Below are positions 26,266-36,586 of a DNA stretch of 64,000 nucleotides, piece by piece. The DNA lies in NCBI GenBank assembly GCA_040005235.1, contig JBDTZG010000018.1:32777-96776 (forward strand), read 5' to 3'. The notes under the pieces are model-generated. The model searched no databases. It worked only from the letters and a program-made list of their open reading frames with translations, and had not been told where the DNA came from. Both the position numbers and the translations under genes were made by a program. This stretch comes from Acidobacteriota bacterium. GTDB taxonomy: Bacteria > Acidobacteriota > Thermoanaerobaculia > Multivoradales > UBA5704. Numbering within the stretch: the stretch's first letter is position 1; each line of letters starts with the position of its first letter.

Positions 26266-27884
26266 TCCAAATCGATCCAGTCGCCCTCGGGCACGAAGCC
26301 TTTCGTTGCGACGTCGAGCTTGACCAGATAGGCGCCGCGGGCGCCCATTCGCTTGCCCGGCCGGAAGCGGAGCGGGGGAGAGACTCCGGTGTCGTAGTGC
26401 TCGAAGGTTTCGAGGGTCGCGATCAGGTGGTCGCGGGTCAAGTCGCGGCCGATCTTTTCGAGCGCGGCAACGATCAACTTGATCGCCGCGAGCGCCGCTC
26501 CTTGAGTGCCGAGGTCTCCGGTGGAGAGCTTGTGCGCCGCGGCGAGCGCGCGCCATTCGGCTGAATCGGGGGAGGCGAGGTCGAGCGGCCGGATCGGGAA
26601 CGCGAGGCGGACCCCCGCGGCCAGACCTACGGGCAAGTCGAGCAGGGCGCGATCCGCGAACGCGCCGAGCGCCAGGAGCCGCGGCCGGGAGCCGAGCCGA
26701 TCGAGCGCGAGCAGCAGCGCCGAGGCATCGCGCGCCGGGCCGAGGTGGAGAATCGCGGCGACGTTTTTCCCGGCGAGATCGCGGGCGGTGGCCTCGACCC
26801 ACGGGTCGTTCGGACCGGCGGCCCCCGAGGTCGCCGAGTAGCGTCGAATCTCAGCGGGGGCGTAGGTCCGTCGCTCCGCTTCGGAAACCACGGCGTCGGC
26901 GAGCGGCGAGATTTCGGCGGCGTCCGAAGCGACCAGGGCGAATGTGGGGCGGACGGTTTCCTTGGCGATCGTCTCGACCAAGGCGCGCGCCTGATCGGCG
27001 GGCGAGGCGAGCAGGTAAAAGGTCTGGCGATCGAGATCGGCGTCGGCCGACGGAAACAGGCTGCTCGCGCCGACGGCCGGAACCTCGCGCTGTTCGAGCA
27101 ACTCGGCCAGGCCTACGTCCGAGCCCGGCGCGCCGGAAAGCTCCGGGGCGACCAGGGCGAGAATGGGCGTGCGATCGAGAAAAGCCGCGGCGATCCGGGT
27201 GCGGTCCGCCGCGTCTCCGGTGAGCGTTTCGGCTGCCAGCTCCAGCTTTCGGCCATAGAGGCCGCCGCGCTTGTTGACCTCGGCGATCGAGGCGTCGAGC
27301 AGCGCCTTCGTGACGGCACCCGGTTCGCCGGGAGCGAGCCAGGCGCCGAGGCGCACCGTGGTGGCCGAAACGCCGGGGACCGGCTCGTTATCCACCCGTT
27401 TGAGATAAGCGATCAGGTCGGCGATGTCGGCCTGGCTCATCTGGTAGCGCGGCATGGTGGGATTGAGGCCATTGCCGGCCGGATCCAGCCCCATCGTGAC
27501 CGCGCGCTTCACGCTTTTTTCGTCGTACGGCGGATGGGTACGGCCGAGCAGCGCGCCCGAACCGTACGGCTTGGTGAGCGACTCCCAGGTGATGTTCGAC
27601 GGGGCGATGCCCCCCTCGGGCCGGCCCCGGCCGTCGCGGCCGTGGCAGCTGCCGCAAGGCAGGGTGGCTCCGGGGACGGCGGTCTCGGGGCCGCCCGAAC
27701 CCATCACCGCGGAAATCTCGCCGCCCGAACCGCTCTCGCCGGCCAGGAACAGCCGCTTGCCGCGTGCCTCCTCGGGAGACAACGGCGGCGGCTCAACGGC
27801 CGCGGCGGCGAGCCGGGGGATGCTCAAAGCCGCGGCGAGCGCGACGAGCAGCGCCGCGAGAACGGATGGACGCCGGGTGCTCAC
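26262..27884 (-). CDS. Cytochrome c fused to a periplasmic substrate-binding (LivJ/Peripla_BP_6-like) domain
   Basis: Signal peptide; CGSCH haem motif with distal MPRY; N.RGGLYGRKLEL binding-protein motif; GTGA overlap with the upstream SCO gene. Confidence 0.85.
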   Translation of the reverse strand: MSTRRPSVLAALLVALAAALSIPRLAAAAVEPPPLSPEEARGKRLFLAGESGSGGEISAVMGSGGPETAVPGATLPCGSCHGRDGRGRPEGGIAPSNITWESLTKPYGSGALLGRTHPPYDEKSVKRAVTMGLDPAGNGLNPTMPRYQMSQADIADLIAYLKRVDNEPVPGVSATTVRLGAWLAPGEPGAVTKALLDASIAEVNKRGGLYGRKLELAAETLTGDAADRTRIAAAFLDRTPILALVAPELSGAPGSDVGLAELLEQREVPAVGASSLFPSADADLDRQTFYLLASPADQARALVETIAKETVRPTFALVASDAAEISPLADAVVSEAERRTYAPAEIRRYSATSGAAGPNDPWVEATARDLAGKNVAAILHLGPARDASALLLALDRLGSRPRLLALGAFADRALLDLPVGLAAGVRLAFPIRPLDLASPDSAEWRALAAAHKLSTGDLGTQGAALAAIKLIVAALEKIGRDLTRDHLIATLETFEHYDTGVSPPLRFRPGKRMGARGAYLVKLDVATKGFVPEGDWIDLD

Positions 27885-28465
27885 CCTTGATCCTTCGCGA
27901 CGCCTTCGACGATTTCCACGATCTCTTTCGGCTTGGCCACGCCGAGCGCCTTCTTCCACAAGCCGGTCCGGTCGTTGCCGATCGTGAAGACGGCGGAATG
28001 GGCTTCGCGGTTTTCCGAATAGAGGCCCAGCTTTCGGAGTGCGGTTTCCCAGTTCTCTTTCGTGCCGGTCAAGAAATACCACCCGGTCTTGGCGTGGAAG
28101 CGCTCGGAGAAAGCTTTCATCTTCGCCGGAGTATCCTTCGGATCGACCGAGAACGAAAGGATGACGACGTCCTTGCCCAGGCGGTCACCCGCCCATTCCT
28201 GGACCCGTTCGAGGGTGCCCGCCATGACCGGACAGACCCCTGCGCATTCGGTGAACATGGCCTGGATGATCACGATTTTACCCTGGAGCAGATCGGCGTA
28301 GAAGCGGTGTTCCGTGCCGTTTTGGTCGACCAGAGGCGCGTTCGTGAAGTAGCGCTCGGCGGGGCTGCCGGGACCGGTTTTCGATTCATCGGCTCGCGCC
28401 GCACCCGAAAGGCCGGCGCAGAAGAGCACGGCGAGCGAAAGAGAGACTGCCTTATGGAAACGCAT
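27881..28465 (-). CDS. SCO1/SenC family copper chaperone
   Basis: Signal peptide; LVDQNG, FTECAGVCP (CxxxC), SVDP.DTP, W.FLTG and the conserved His. Confidence 0.9.
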   Translation of the reverse strand: MRFHKAVSLSLAVLFCAGLSGAARADESKTGPGSPAERYFTNAPLVDQNGTEHRFYADLLQGKIVIIQAMFTECAGVCPVMAGTLERVQEWAGDRLGKDVVILSFSVDPKDTPAKMKAFSERFHAKTGWYFLTGTKENWETALRKLGLYSENREAHSAVFTIGNDRTGLWKKALGVAKPKEIVEIVEGVAKDQG

Positions 28466-28468
28466 GAT

Positions 28469-29110
28469 TCATTTCCCTTCCTTCGGGGGGGTCTTGAGCC
28501 CGGGCGGTTTATCGCGAAGACCGTCGCGAAGGCCTTCGAGCAGGCCGGCAAGCTGCGCCGCCGGGGCGAGAGAGTAGGCGCGGGTCCAGCGCTTGTCGCG
28601 ATCGTTGCCCAGCAGCAGCGACGGGGTATGCCGTTTGATGTCGACGTCGAAGGCGCCGAGCGATTTGAGCAGGCGGACGACCTCGTCCTTCTCGCCGGTG
28701 ACCAGCGTCCATCCGGGGCCGGCGCCGAGTTTTTCCGACCAGGCCTTGAGCTTGGCGGGCGTGTCCGACTGCGGATCGATCGATACCGAAATCAGGTGGA
28801 CGTCGCGCCCCGCCTGATCGCCCAGCAGCTTGCGCAGCTCGGCGAACCGCGCGCCCTGCGGCGTACAGATCGTGCTGCACGTGGTGAAGACGAAGTTGAC
28901 CGCGACGACCTTGCCTTGGATCAGGTCGCTGTAGAAATGAATCTTCTTGCCGTTTTGATCGACCAGAGAGATGTCCGGGATCGCCGGGGTCGCGAGGACG
29001 GCCAGATCGGTCGTGGCACCGGGAGCGGCTGTCGCCGGAGCCACCAAGAGCGCGAGGGACAAAGCGGTGCCGAGGACGACGGCGAGCGGAATCCGGTTGC
29101 GAAACGTCAT
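28469..29110 (-). CDS. SCO1/SenC family copper chaperone (second paralogue)
   Basis: Signal peptide; LVDQNG, FTTCSTIC, SIDP.SDTP, WTLVTG and His. Confidence 0.9.
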   Translation of the reverse strand: MTFRNRIPLAVVLGTALSLALLVAPATAAPGATTDLAVLATPAIPDISLVDQNGKKIHFYSDLIQGKVVAVNFVFTTCSTICTPQGARFAELRKLLGDQAGRDVHLISVSIDPQSDTPAKLKAWSEKLGAGPGWTLVTGEKDEVVRLLKSLGAFDVDIKRHTPSLLLGNDRDKRWTRAYSLAPAAQLAGLLEGLRDGLRDKPPGLKTPPKEGK

Positions 29111-31176
29111 GGCTGCAAAGCTCCCTGTTGCCGCTCTTGCTCCGGGATCGGGCCGGTCGCCTCGACCGGCTCGGCAGGCGCTTGCGTGGTGTCGATCACC
29201 GTGGCCGGCGACTTTTCGACCCTGAGGCCGGCCGACTTGGATTCGACGAAGACATAGTAGATCCCGCCCTCGGTCGGAGTGAAACGCGCCTCGTAGACTC
29301 CGGGCTCGACCTCGGCGGCCGGCAACATGCGGCGGTTGACGCCCGGCGAGAGAAACGTGACGATCCGGACGTCGGACGCTCCGGTGAGCAGGGAGTCGTC
29401 GGCGGTACGGTTGAGCCGGAAGCGGAGAGTCATCTCCTTCCCGGGTGCAACCTTGGAATTCGGCTGGAGCGCCGCGGCGATCACCGGCGGGCGACCGTCG
29501 GGTTTGTTCGGATTCTTTTCGATCGTGAAGGGGAAGCACCCGACCATCCGGGGCGAGTTGACCAACAGCGTCAGGTCGCGCCGGCCGGCGGGGCCGAGGA
29601 GAAAGGTGGTCGAATAGCGGCCCGGTCCGGCGGGGCGCAAGGAACGGTCGACGGCGAGCACCGCCCGCGGCTGCCGCGAGTAGTTCTGAAAACTGCCCAT
29701 CGGCGCCGCCATCCCCTCCTTGTAGTAATAGATCATCCGGTCTTGCGGGTTGGCGAGCAGGATGGCGTCTTCGCCGGGCGCCTGGACGATTCCGGCGGCG
29801 AGGGTGGGTAGGTCCATCCGGCCGGCCGGGTTTTGACCGCCGGGGAAATCGACCACCGGCACCGCCGCTCCTTCGTGGCCGACCTGCGAGAGCGGGATCA
29901 TCAAGATGGTCTCGCTGCCGCGATGCCGGACGTAGGCGATGTCCTGGCTGAACGAGACCTGGTCGGGCTCGCTCTCGACTCCAGGGCTCTGGATGATCCG
30001 CGGTCCGGAGGCGTCGACGATATGGACGACGTTCTTCTTCGGGTTCGGCACGAAACCGAGCCGGCCGTCGGGCGAAAAGCGGATCTGTGCCAGACCCGGT
30101 TCGGCCTGAAGCCGGGCTGCCGGCCGGTCGGGATCGGACGAGACGGAGACGATCGCGCCGTCCCCTTGGCAGGCCACGAAAGCCGAGCCGGCGGGTTCGG
30201 ACCAGGCGATCGAGACCGGCTGCTTGCAGGTCTTCACCCGGCGCAGCTCGGAAAGAGTGCGCACGTCGATCACCGAGACGTCACCTGAGTCGCGGCTGGA
30301 AGCGAAGACGTAGCGGTCGTCGAGAGAGATCGCGAGATCGTGCGGCCCGGTGCCGGTCGATATCGCCGCGGCCTGGGCGAGCTTCACGGTATCGATCGCC
30401 ACGACGCCCGGAGCCTTTGCACCGCCGTCGACCGCCACCCAAAGGTAGCGCTCGTCGGGTTGCAGCATCACCCGCCCGGCACCCTGGCCCACGGGGACGT
30501 TGGCGATCACCTTCCAGCTTTCGGTGTCGACCACCGCGACCTCGCCCGCTTCGGCCATCGAAACGTAAAGGCGGAGCTGGTCTTTGGACAACGTCCAGTC
30601 GGAGCCCGCGCTCTTGAGGAAAACCATGTCGAGCAGCTTGCTGCCGCCGAACGTGAACAGCGGATCGACGACGGTGATCGTGGCGTCCTCGTTGAGCCCC
30701 AGGACGAAATAGGCGTTCAGGTCATGTTCAGGCGGATTGAGCAGCGAACCGCCGACGAAGCCTTGGAGCTTTTTCTTGCACTCGTCCGGATCGCTCGGCT
30801 TGGCGCCCGGGGTGAGGGCATCGATCCAGGCGCCCGGAAACAGACCGTCCAGCGGGGCCTTGGTATTGGCGTCCTTGAACTCCAGGCGAACGCGGGCCTC
30901 TTCGCCTTCGCGCAGCGGAGCGCCGGGCCGGACGGCTTCGAGAAAGACCTCGACCGCGATCCCGCCGACTTCCGCTTCGCCGATCTGGCTGGAGCCGGGG
31001 GTCGTCGGGGCGGTTTCGGCGGGGAGGGCGGGAAGGTAGGCCGAGGGGGAGGAGGAAGGGGAGAGGACGGGAAGGGCGGGAGCCCCCCCGGCCAACGCCC
31101 TCCCCGCGAACGGGGAGAGCAGAAGGCCGAGAAGGGCACCCGCGACTCGCCCTGAGGCGGTCGGGTTATTTAACAC
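29107..31176 (-). CDS. YVTN/cytochrome cd1-like beta-propeller protein with a C-terminal Ig-like (YtkA-like) domain; start uncertain
   Basis: Signal peptide; repeated VAVVDT/VSVID blades; YYYKEGMAAPMG; EPGVYEARF. Confidence 0.78.
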   Translation of the reverse strand: MLNNPTASGRVAGALLGLLLSPFAGRALAGGAPALPVLSPSSSPSAYLPALPAETAPTTPGSSQIGEAEVGGIAVEVFLEAVRPGAPLREGEEARVRLEFKDANTKAPLDGLFPGAWIDALTPGAKPSDPDECKKKLQGFVGGSLLNPPEHDLNAYFVLGLNEDATITVVDPLFTFGGSKLLDMVFLKSAGSDWTLSKDQLRLYVSMAEAGEVAVVDTESWKVIANVPVGQGAGRVMLQPDERYLWVAVDGGAKAPGVVAIDTVKLAQAAAISTGTGPHDLAISLDDRYVFASSRDSGDVSVIDVRTLSELRRVKTCKQPVSIAWSEPAGSAFVACQGDGAIVSVSSDPDRPAARLQAEPGLAQIRFSPDGRLGFVPNPKKNVVHIVDASGPRIIQSPGVESEPDQVSFSQDIAYVRHRGSETILMIPLSQVGHEGAAVPVVDFPGGQNPAGRMDLPTLAAGIVQAPGEDAILLANPQDRMIYYYKEGMAAPMGSFQNYSRQPRAVLAVDRSLRPAGPGRYSTTFLLGPAGRRDLTLLVNSPRMVGCFPFTIEKNPNKPDGRPPVIAAALQPNSKVAPGKEMTLRFRLNRTADDSLLTGASDVRIVTFLSPGVNRRMLPAAEVEPGVYEARFTPTEGGIYYVFVESKSAGLRVEKSPATVIDTTQAPAEPVEATGPIPEQERQQGALQP

Positions 31177-34100
31177 GGAAGAGACCCCAGAGTCCGTCAT
31201 CGAGATGAGCCGGGGTGTAATCACGGTACAGGTAGTCGCCGGTCACTCCGACCATGCCGCCGGCCCCGATCTTGAGCAGTGCATCGAAGTGGTCGGAAGC
31301 CCCCATGCCGTCGCGGGTTCCCTTCCATTCGCACACCGGGTTGGAGCCCTGCCGGGTCGAGTTGGAGCCGGCCAGGACCGGGTACTCCTCCCAGACGTGG
31401 CCGTGCAGATCGAAGACGATCGGCAGCTCGTGACCGCCCGGGTGAACGACCCGCATGCGGACCGAGTCTCCCTTGGTGGCTTGGAACACCGGTGTCTCAG
31501 GATCGTTGTGAATCCAGGCGTTCTCCATCAGCTGATGGAACTGGGTGAAATTGCGGGTGTCGTTGGTCGACGTTTCGGGCGACCAGCCGGCCCGGAACCA
31601 GAGCGGCTCGGTGCGGTAGTTGATCGCCTTCTGGCCGGAACCTTCGGAGTCGACGTTGACGATCAGATTCGGGATCGCCGGGCCGAACGCGGGGTTGCTG
31701 TAGTCGTAACCGTCGCCCTTGGTGAAGCGCAGGTTCAGGTCGTCTTGGAACATCACCACGAACTCCCTGAACTTGCGGACGTCCGTGGGGCTGATAACCG
31801 CCGAGGCGCGCGATTTGCGGATCGACAGGTCGGTTTCCGGTACCAGGTCCTCGGTCCAGGTGGATCCCGGCGGCTCGATGATCAGAGCGCCGATCGCCCC
31901 CTTGCTCGCGTGCTTGATCGGGTCGGAGGAGGTAAGGCCCGAGCCGCCGAACTCGACGGCCAGAGGGGTCGATCCGACGAACGATCCGGCGTACCAGTAG
32001 TAGACGACTCCTTCGCCGGGCGCCACCGTCTGCTTGCCCAACTGAGCCGGGTTCAAGCCGACGTTCGTCCCGTCGCTGGTCATGATGTCGTACGCCACCA
32101 GCTGGGGGTGGAGACCGACGTCGAGCGAAGTCTTCACCTGGTCGGCGTTGAAGTTCTCGACGATCATCGGCATGCCGTTGAAGCCGTCGAGAAGATCGGT
32201 GTAGGCAGGCGGGATGTCGTTGTTCAGCTTGACTTCGATGCACTCTCCGGCCCGGGCGCGCAAAACCAGAGGCTCCCGTCGGACGCTCGGAATCAGCAGC
32301 GGCCGGCCCTGCGAGTAGTCGAGGTCGCTCTTGTAGACGAACATGATGGCGTCGGACTGGTGCAGCGGACCGACGCTGATGCCGCCGTGGCCTTCGGGCG
32401 GAGAGGGGTGATTCACCACGTCCGGCCGCCGGTTGTAGATCAACCCGGCGTTCGCTCCGAAACCGTCGTTCCTGAGAACTTCGGCGGCGGAAACCGCAGT
32501 GATGTCGAAGTGCCGCAGCGTTGAGGCCGAGGGGCAGTTGGTCGGGATGGCCGAGCCGGCCGCGCCATTCCCGACGAGCGCACGGCTCGTTTCGCCATCC
32601 GTGTCGAAAGCCTTCACTCCGACCGCGGTGGAGGCTTCCGTGACCCGATAGCCGCCGGCGACGTCGGTGCCTCGGGCGTCGGGGTTCGTGCTTTCCAAAA
32701 CCCGGAGGTCGGGCCGCGGGCCGCGGTAGGCGCGGATCAATCCCCAGAGGCCATCCCACTGCGACTCGGTCGCCGCGCCCGGCTTATAGAGGAAGTCGGC
32801 GAACTTGCCGTCGGCATTGAGCGCCGGGATGCGGCCGACTTCGAGGTCGAACCACTCGGAGATGCCCATGCCCTGCGAGTTGCGCCAACCGGAATCGGCG
32901 ACTTCCGCCTCGCGGAGCCACTTCATGCCGTGAACCGTCATGTTGTGCGACTCTTCGTGGGCGCCGACCAGGACGCGGATCTTCACCGTGTCACCCTCGT
33001 AGGTCCGCAGCAGCGGCGTATATGGGTCGCCCTTGTAGAGGCTCGAAGGATCGGTCAGCGGGCCGTACGGCGCCTTGGTCAGGAAGGGCGCGTACGGGAA
33101 GGTGTTGAACTCGGGATCCCATCGGTCGGTGCGGGTCTCGTAGGCGAACGAAAGATCGCCGCCGCGGCCGAGCAAACCGCCCGTGTACTGCTGCGGGGTG
33201 GCGCCGGACTGGTCGAGGACGCGCAGAGCGAGCGGCTCATTGCGGTAGTTGACCGTCTTGGTCCCTGGGTCGTCGGCGGAGACCGCTTCCGGGCAGGGAG
33301 CCGGCGGTCCGGGCGTTCCCGGAGGAGCGTTGACCGGGCAGTCGATCGGCTTCGAGTAGAGGATCGGCGGGGCTTCTTCGTTTCTACCCGGCGGGTTGAT
33401 CGCCCGCTTCGGATCGGCGAAGCCGAGCGCATTGGTCGGGCATTTCGGGCTGCCCGGCTCGTAGGCGAGGAAGAAGTCGCCGAACTCCAGCATGAACTCG
33501 CGGTAGTTTTCGGTCGAGCTGCTGATCACGGCCTGCCAGCTGGTCGGGCCGCCGTCCTGCGAGAGGCCCAAACCCATGTTGGTGCCGAGGGCGGTGCCGG
33601 TTTCGTTGTGAGCCCAGGCCGAGCCCGTGGGCTCGACGATCAGTCCGGCGTACAGGCCCACCTGCTGGTGGGTGGACGGCCCGAAGTGGTCGTGGGTGAA
33701 GACGGTGCGTAGCGTGCGCTTGCCGCCCTGGAGGGTGGTCATCGGGTCCGCGTACCAGCGCTGGACGGTGGTCTGGGCGCCCAGCCATTCGTTGGAGTCC
33801 GACGCGTCGTTGCATTCCGCGGCGTGCGAGCCGAAGAACGGGTGGACCTGCGCCACCGGGCAGGAGGTGGGGTTGAAGGCGCCCGCGGCGCAGCCGTTGG
33901 CGAGCCGGATCGCCTTGATGCGCTCGCGCACCTCGGCGGGGCTGAAGGTGCCGTCCTCGTAGTTCCAACCGTTGCCGCCGCCGTCGGAGGCGAGAACGTC
34001 GAACTTCACCAGGTGGATGTGCTGGCCGAGGATGTCGGTCGGGGTCTTCACCTGGAAGTCGTCGAGCTCATAGCTGTTGGGCACCAGGTTGGTGTTCCAG

Positions 34101-36424
34101 AACTCGATGCACTCGCCTGCATTGGCGCGGAAGAAGAACGGCTCCGGCGGCCGGGTTCCGGCGAGCGTCGGGGCGACGTCGTTCCACAGCGTGATCATGC
34201 GCGCCTGCGGGAAGTGCCAGCCGGCCTTGTTGATCACCATGTCGAGCTGGATGTCCGCCGCCTTGTAGTAGCGCATCGTCGAGCCGGTGGGGCAGGGGTC
34301 GGCGATCGGCGCGCCGCGCACCTGCTTGTGGGTGTTGACCAGGAAGTTCTTGGTGGCCGGAAGGTTGTCGGCCCGCGGGGTGGTGTAGCCGGCGGCGTTG
34401 TTGTGGAAGCTCATCGCGGTCAGCTCGACCGGCTCGCCGGTCTCCGCGAGGAACCTCGGGGTGAGCGAAGTGATGACCTTGTCGAAGCTGAGCCGGGTCT
34501 CGACGTGGGTCGCGGTGCCCTTGACCACCACGTGGCGTTGGAGGCCGCCGTCGTGAATCGTGTCGAGAGGGGGGTGCGGGGCGCGTCGGCCGGCGATGCC
34601 GGGGACGAAGAAAGGATAGCCGGGGTTCAACGTGCCCAAGATCACGGGCTGGCCGGTCGTCTGATCGATCCGGGCGATGCCCGGGATCGGCGCCATCGGC
34701 AGCACCGGAATCGGCACCAGGCCGGGGATCGGCGTGCCGGCCAGGATCTCGTTGTCCGGCAGTGCGCGGGATTTCTCTTTCGGGCGCCCGTCGGGATCCA
34801 TCACGGTGCCGAGCTCCAGCACGTCGTGGACGCGCCAGAGCGACCACATGCCCTGCGCGAAGTGGGGATAGAAATGGCAGTGGAAGATCGAGTCGCCCGG
34901 CGTCTTGTTCAGGTTGCCGCTACCGCCGTTGGTGATCTCGTAGGTGAAGCTGCCGCCCTGGCCGATCGCCTGAGAGTCGCTGTAGTTCGACTTGTCTTCC
35001 TTCGGCGTGTGCAGCCACTGGTGGGCGTGAAGGTGGAAGATGTGGTGGTTGTCCGAGCCCGCATGCGAGTTGCGGAACTTGACGTGGTCGTTCAAATAGC
35101 TGTGATAGACGTTCGACGGGTCGTCGGGGTAGAGCGCGACTTTCGCCTTGCGTCCCGGGGTCGGAGTGCAGGGATAGGGGGCGACGTTGTTGAACGACGG
35201 CTCGCCCATCTGATCGAGGTCGCTCTCGGTGCAGGGCGCGTTGGCCGGCACGTCGACCACCATCGCCGGGTCGCCGATCGCCCAGGAGGAGAGGAAAAAC
35301 TCTTCGTACATGCACTCCGGGCAGTCGAGCGCCGGGCCGACGCCCAGGCGGTTCGCGATGATCTCGGCGCCCGCTCCTCCGGCTCCGTAGTTGATTGCGA
35401 AGGCGTCGCGGACGCTGTGAAGCGTGTGCTGCAGCTCCCGGTCCTCGAACTGCGGAAACGCCTGTACCGCGCCGATCTCGTCGTGGAAGATGATCGTGAA
35501 CTCACGGAACGGCTCGTTTCGCTCGGGGTAAATCTTGGTGGTGGGGTTGGCGGAGGAAAGCATGCCGGCACCGGGACCGGTGATGATCGCGGTCAGGTCC
35601 GAATGGACCAGCGTCCGGGCGGTGGAAGAACCGGTGTACATCTTGAGGATCGGCTTGCCCGCATAGCGGTGGCCGACCGGATACGTCGCGGCGTAGTTCA
35701 AACGGGGGAAGCCGTTCACGTCGGTCGTGGTCGTCGCGCGGGACATGTCGGCTTCGGTCACCTGGCTTCGGTACCACTCGGAGCCCGAGGGTTCCACGTC
35801 GATCGCGCCGAACAGGCCCGCGGAGATCGAACCGGCGTCCGCTTCGCCGCCGATCGGGGCGCCCATGCTGTGGAAGACGAACGTTCCTTCCTGGGGGGCA
35901 TAGAGGAGATAGTCGATCGAACCGCCGGGCGGGACGATGCCCGACGTGGGGTTCTGGCCGACGGAGGAACCATCGCTCTTGATCGTGTCGACCAGCTGCA
36001 TGCCGATCGCATGGATCGAGGCGTCGCGCGTGGCGGGCTGCTCCTCGTCGCGCTGCGCGCCATCCAAAAGGTTGGTGAAATGGATGCGCAGGCAGTCGCC
36101 GACGTTGACCCTCAGCACCAACGGCCGCGGTCGCTTGTCGCGCCGCAATTGGACCTGGCCGTAGGCGAGGACGTAGCTGACGCCCGGATCGGGAAGGCCG
36201 TCCGGGTCGGCGAGCGGCAGGACGTCGCCCTTGAGCGCGTACATCATGCCTTGGGGTTCGAGGGCGCCGTATCGATTCCAGGTCCAGGCCTGGTCGAACG
36301 CCACGACGTCGGCGTCGACGTAGCCGGCGCAAGTCACCTGCGCGGAGGCCGGCAGGGCAGCAAGGCCCGAGAATAAGGCGATGGCACACAACAGCCATCG
36401 AGTTGGACGGGGTAAGGCGTTCAT
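31166..36424 (-). CDS. Giant secreted multicopper oxidase, MnxG-like (putative Mn(II) oxidase)
   Basis: About 1750 aa with signal peptide; Cu motifs HIFHLHAHQW, FHCHFYPHFAQGM, GQHIHLV and THDHFGPSTHQ; repeated cupredoxin domains (PLVLR..GDC/GEC). Confidence 0.85.
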   Translation of the reverse strand: MNALPRPTRWLLCAIALFSGLAALPASAQVTCAGYVDADVVAFDQAWTWNRYGALEPQGMMYALKGDVLPLADPDGLPDPGVSYVLAYGQVQLRRDKRPRPLVLRVNVGDCLRIHFTNLLDGAQRDEEQPATRDASIHAIGMQLVDTIKSDGSSVGQNPTSGIVPPGGSIDYLLYAPQEGTFVFHSMGAPIGGEADAGSISAGLFGAIDVEPSGSEWYRSQVTEADMSRATTTTDVNGFPRLNYAATYPVGHRYAGKPILKMYTGSSTARTLVHSDLTAIITGPGAGMLSSANPTTKIYPERNEPFREFTIIFHDEIGAVQAFPQFEDRELQHTLHSVRDAFAINYGAGGAGAEIIANRLGVGPALDCPECMYEEFFLSSWAIGDPAMVVDVPANAPCTESDLDQMGEPSFNNVAPYPCTPTPGRKAKVALYPDDPSNVYHSYLNDHVKFRNSHAGSDNHHIFHLHAHQWLHTPKEDKSNYSDSQAIGQGGSFTYEITNGGSGNLNKTPGDSIFHCHFYPHFAQGMWSLWRVHDVLELGTVMDPDGRPKEKSRALPDNEILAGTPIPGLVPIPVLPMAPIPGIARIDQTTGQPVILGTLNPGYPFFVPGIAGRRAPHPPLDTIHDGGLQRHVVVKGTATHVETRLSFDKVITSLTPRFLAETGEPVELTAMSFHNNAAGYTTPRADNLPATKNFLVNTHKQVRGAPIADPCPTGSTMRYYKAADIQLDMVINKAGWHFPQARMITLWNDVAPTLAGTRPPEPFFFRANAGECIEFWNTNLVPNSYELDDFQVKTPTDILGQHIHLVKFDVLASDGGGNGWNYEDGTFSPAEVRERIKAIRLANGCAAGAFNPTSCPVAQVHPFFGSHAAECNDASDSNEWLGAQTTVQRWYADPMTTLQGGKRTLRTVFTHDHFGPSTHQQVGLYAGLIVEPTGSAWAHNETGTALGTNMGLGLSQDGGPTSWQAVISSSTENYREFMLEFGDFFLAYEPGSPKCPTNALGFADPKRAINPPGRNEEAPPILYSKPIDCPVNAPPGTPGPPAPCPEAVSADDPGTKTVNYRNEPLALRVLDQSGATPQQYTGGLLGRGGDLSFAYETRTDRWDPEFNTFPYAPFLTKAPYGPLTDPSSLYKGDPYTPLLRTYEGDTVKIRVLVGAHEESHNMTVHGMKWLREAEVADSGWRNSQGMGISEWFDLEVGRIPALNADGKFADFLYKPGAATESQWDGLWGLIRAYRGPRPDLRVLESTNPDARGTDVAGGYRVTEASTAVGVKAFDTDGETSRALVGNGAAGSAIPTNCPSASTLRHFDITAVSAAEVLRNDGFGANAGLIYNRRPDVVNHPSPPEGHGGISVGPLHQSDAIMFVYKSDLDYSQGRPLLIPSVRREPLVLRARAGECIEVKLNNDIPPAYTDLLDGFNGMPMIVENFNADQVKTSLDVGLHPQLVAYDIMTSDGTNVGLNPAQLGKQTVAPGEGVVYYWYAGSFVGSTPLAVEFGGSGLTSSDPIKHASKGAIGALIIEPPGSTWTEDLVPETDLSIRKSRASAVISPTDVRKFREFVVMFQDDLNLRFTKGDGYDYSNPAFGPAIPNLIVNVDSEGSGQKAINYRTEPLWFRAGWSPETSTNDTRNFTQFHQLMENAWIHNDPETPVFQATKGDSVRMRVVHPGGHELPIVFDLHGHVWEEYPVLAGSNSTRQGSNPVCEWKGTRDGMGASDHFDALLKIGAGGMVGVTGDYLYRDYTPAHLDDGLWGLFRVK

Positions 36425-36586
36425 TCCTGTCTCCTTGGGCGACACCGGCGCCCGTTAGGTTTGAATCTGCGCCAACCCTAGGGCCCTCACCCTTACACCG
36501 GCATTACAGGAGGGCGAAAATGCCTGCCCCTCCTTTTCTGGTCTTTTGGCGAGCCGGGGTTTTTGAAGGCAGCATAAGCTCCGCGA

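Noticed and set aside
36455-36480. Sigma54 promoter upstream of the MnxG-like gene (TTGGCGCAGATTCAAA)
   Set aside because: It has a -24-like TGGC but lacks the GC at -12.
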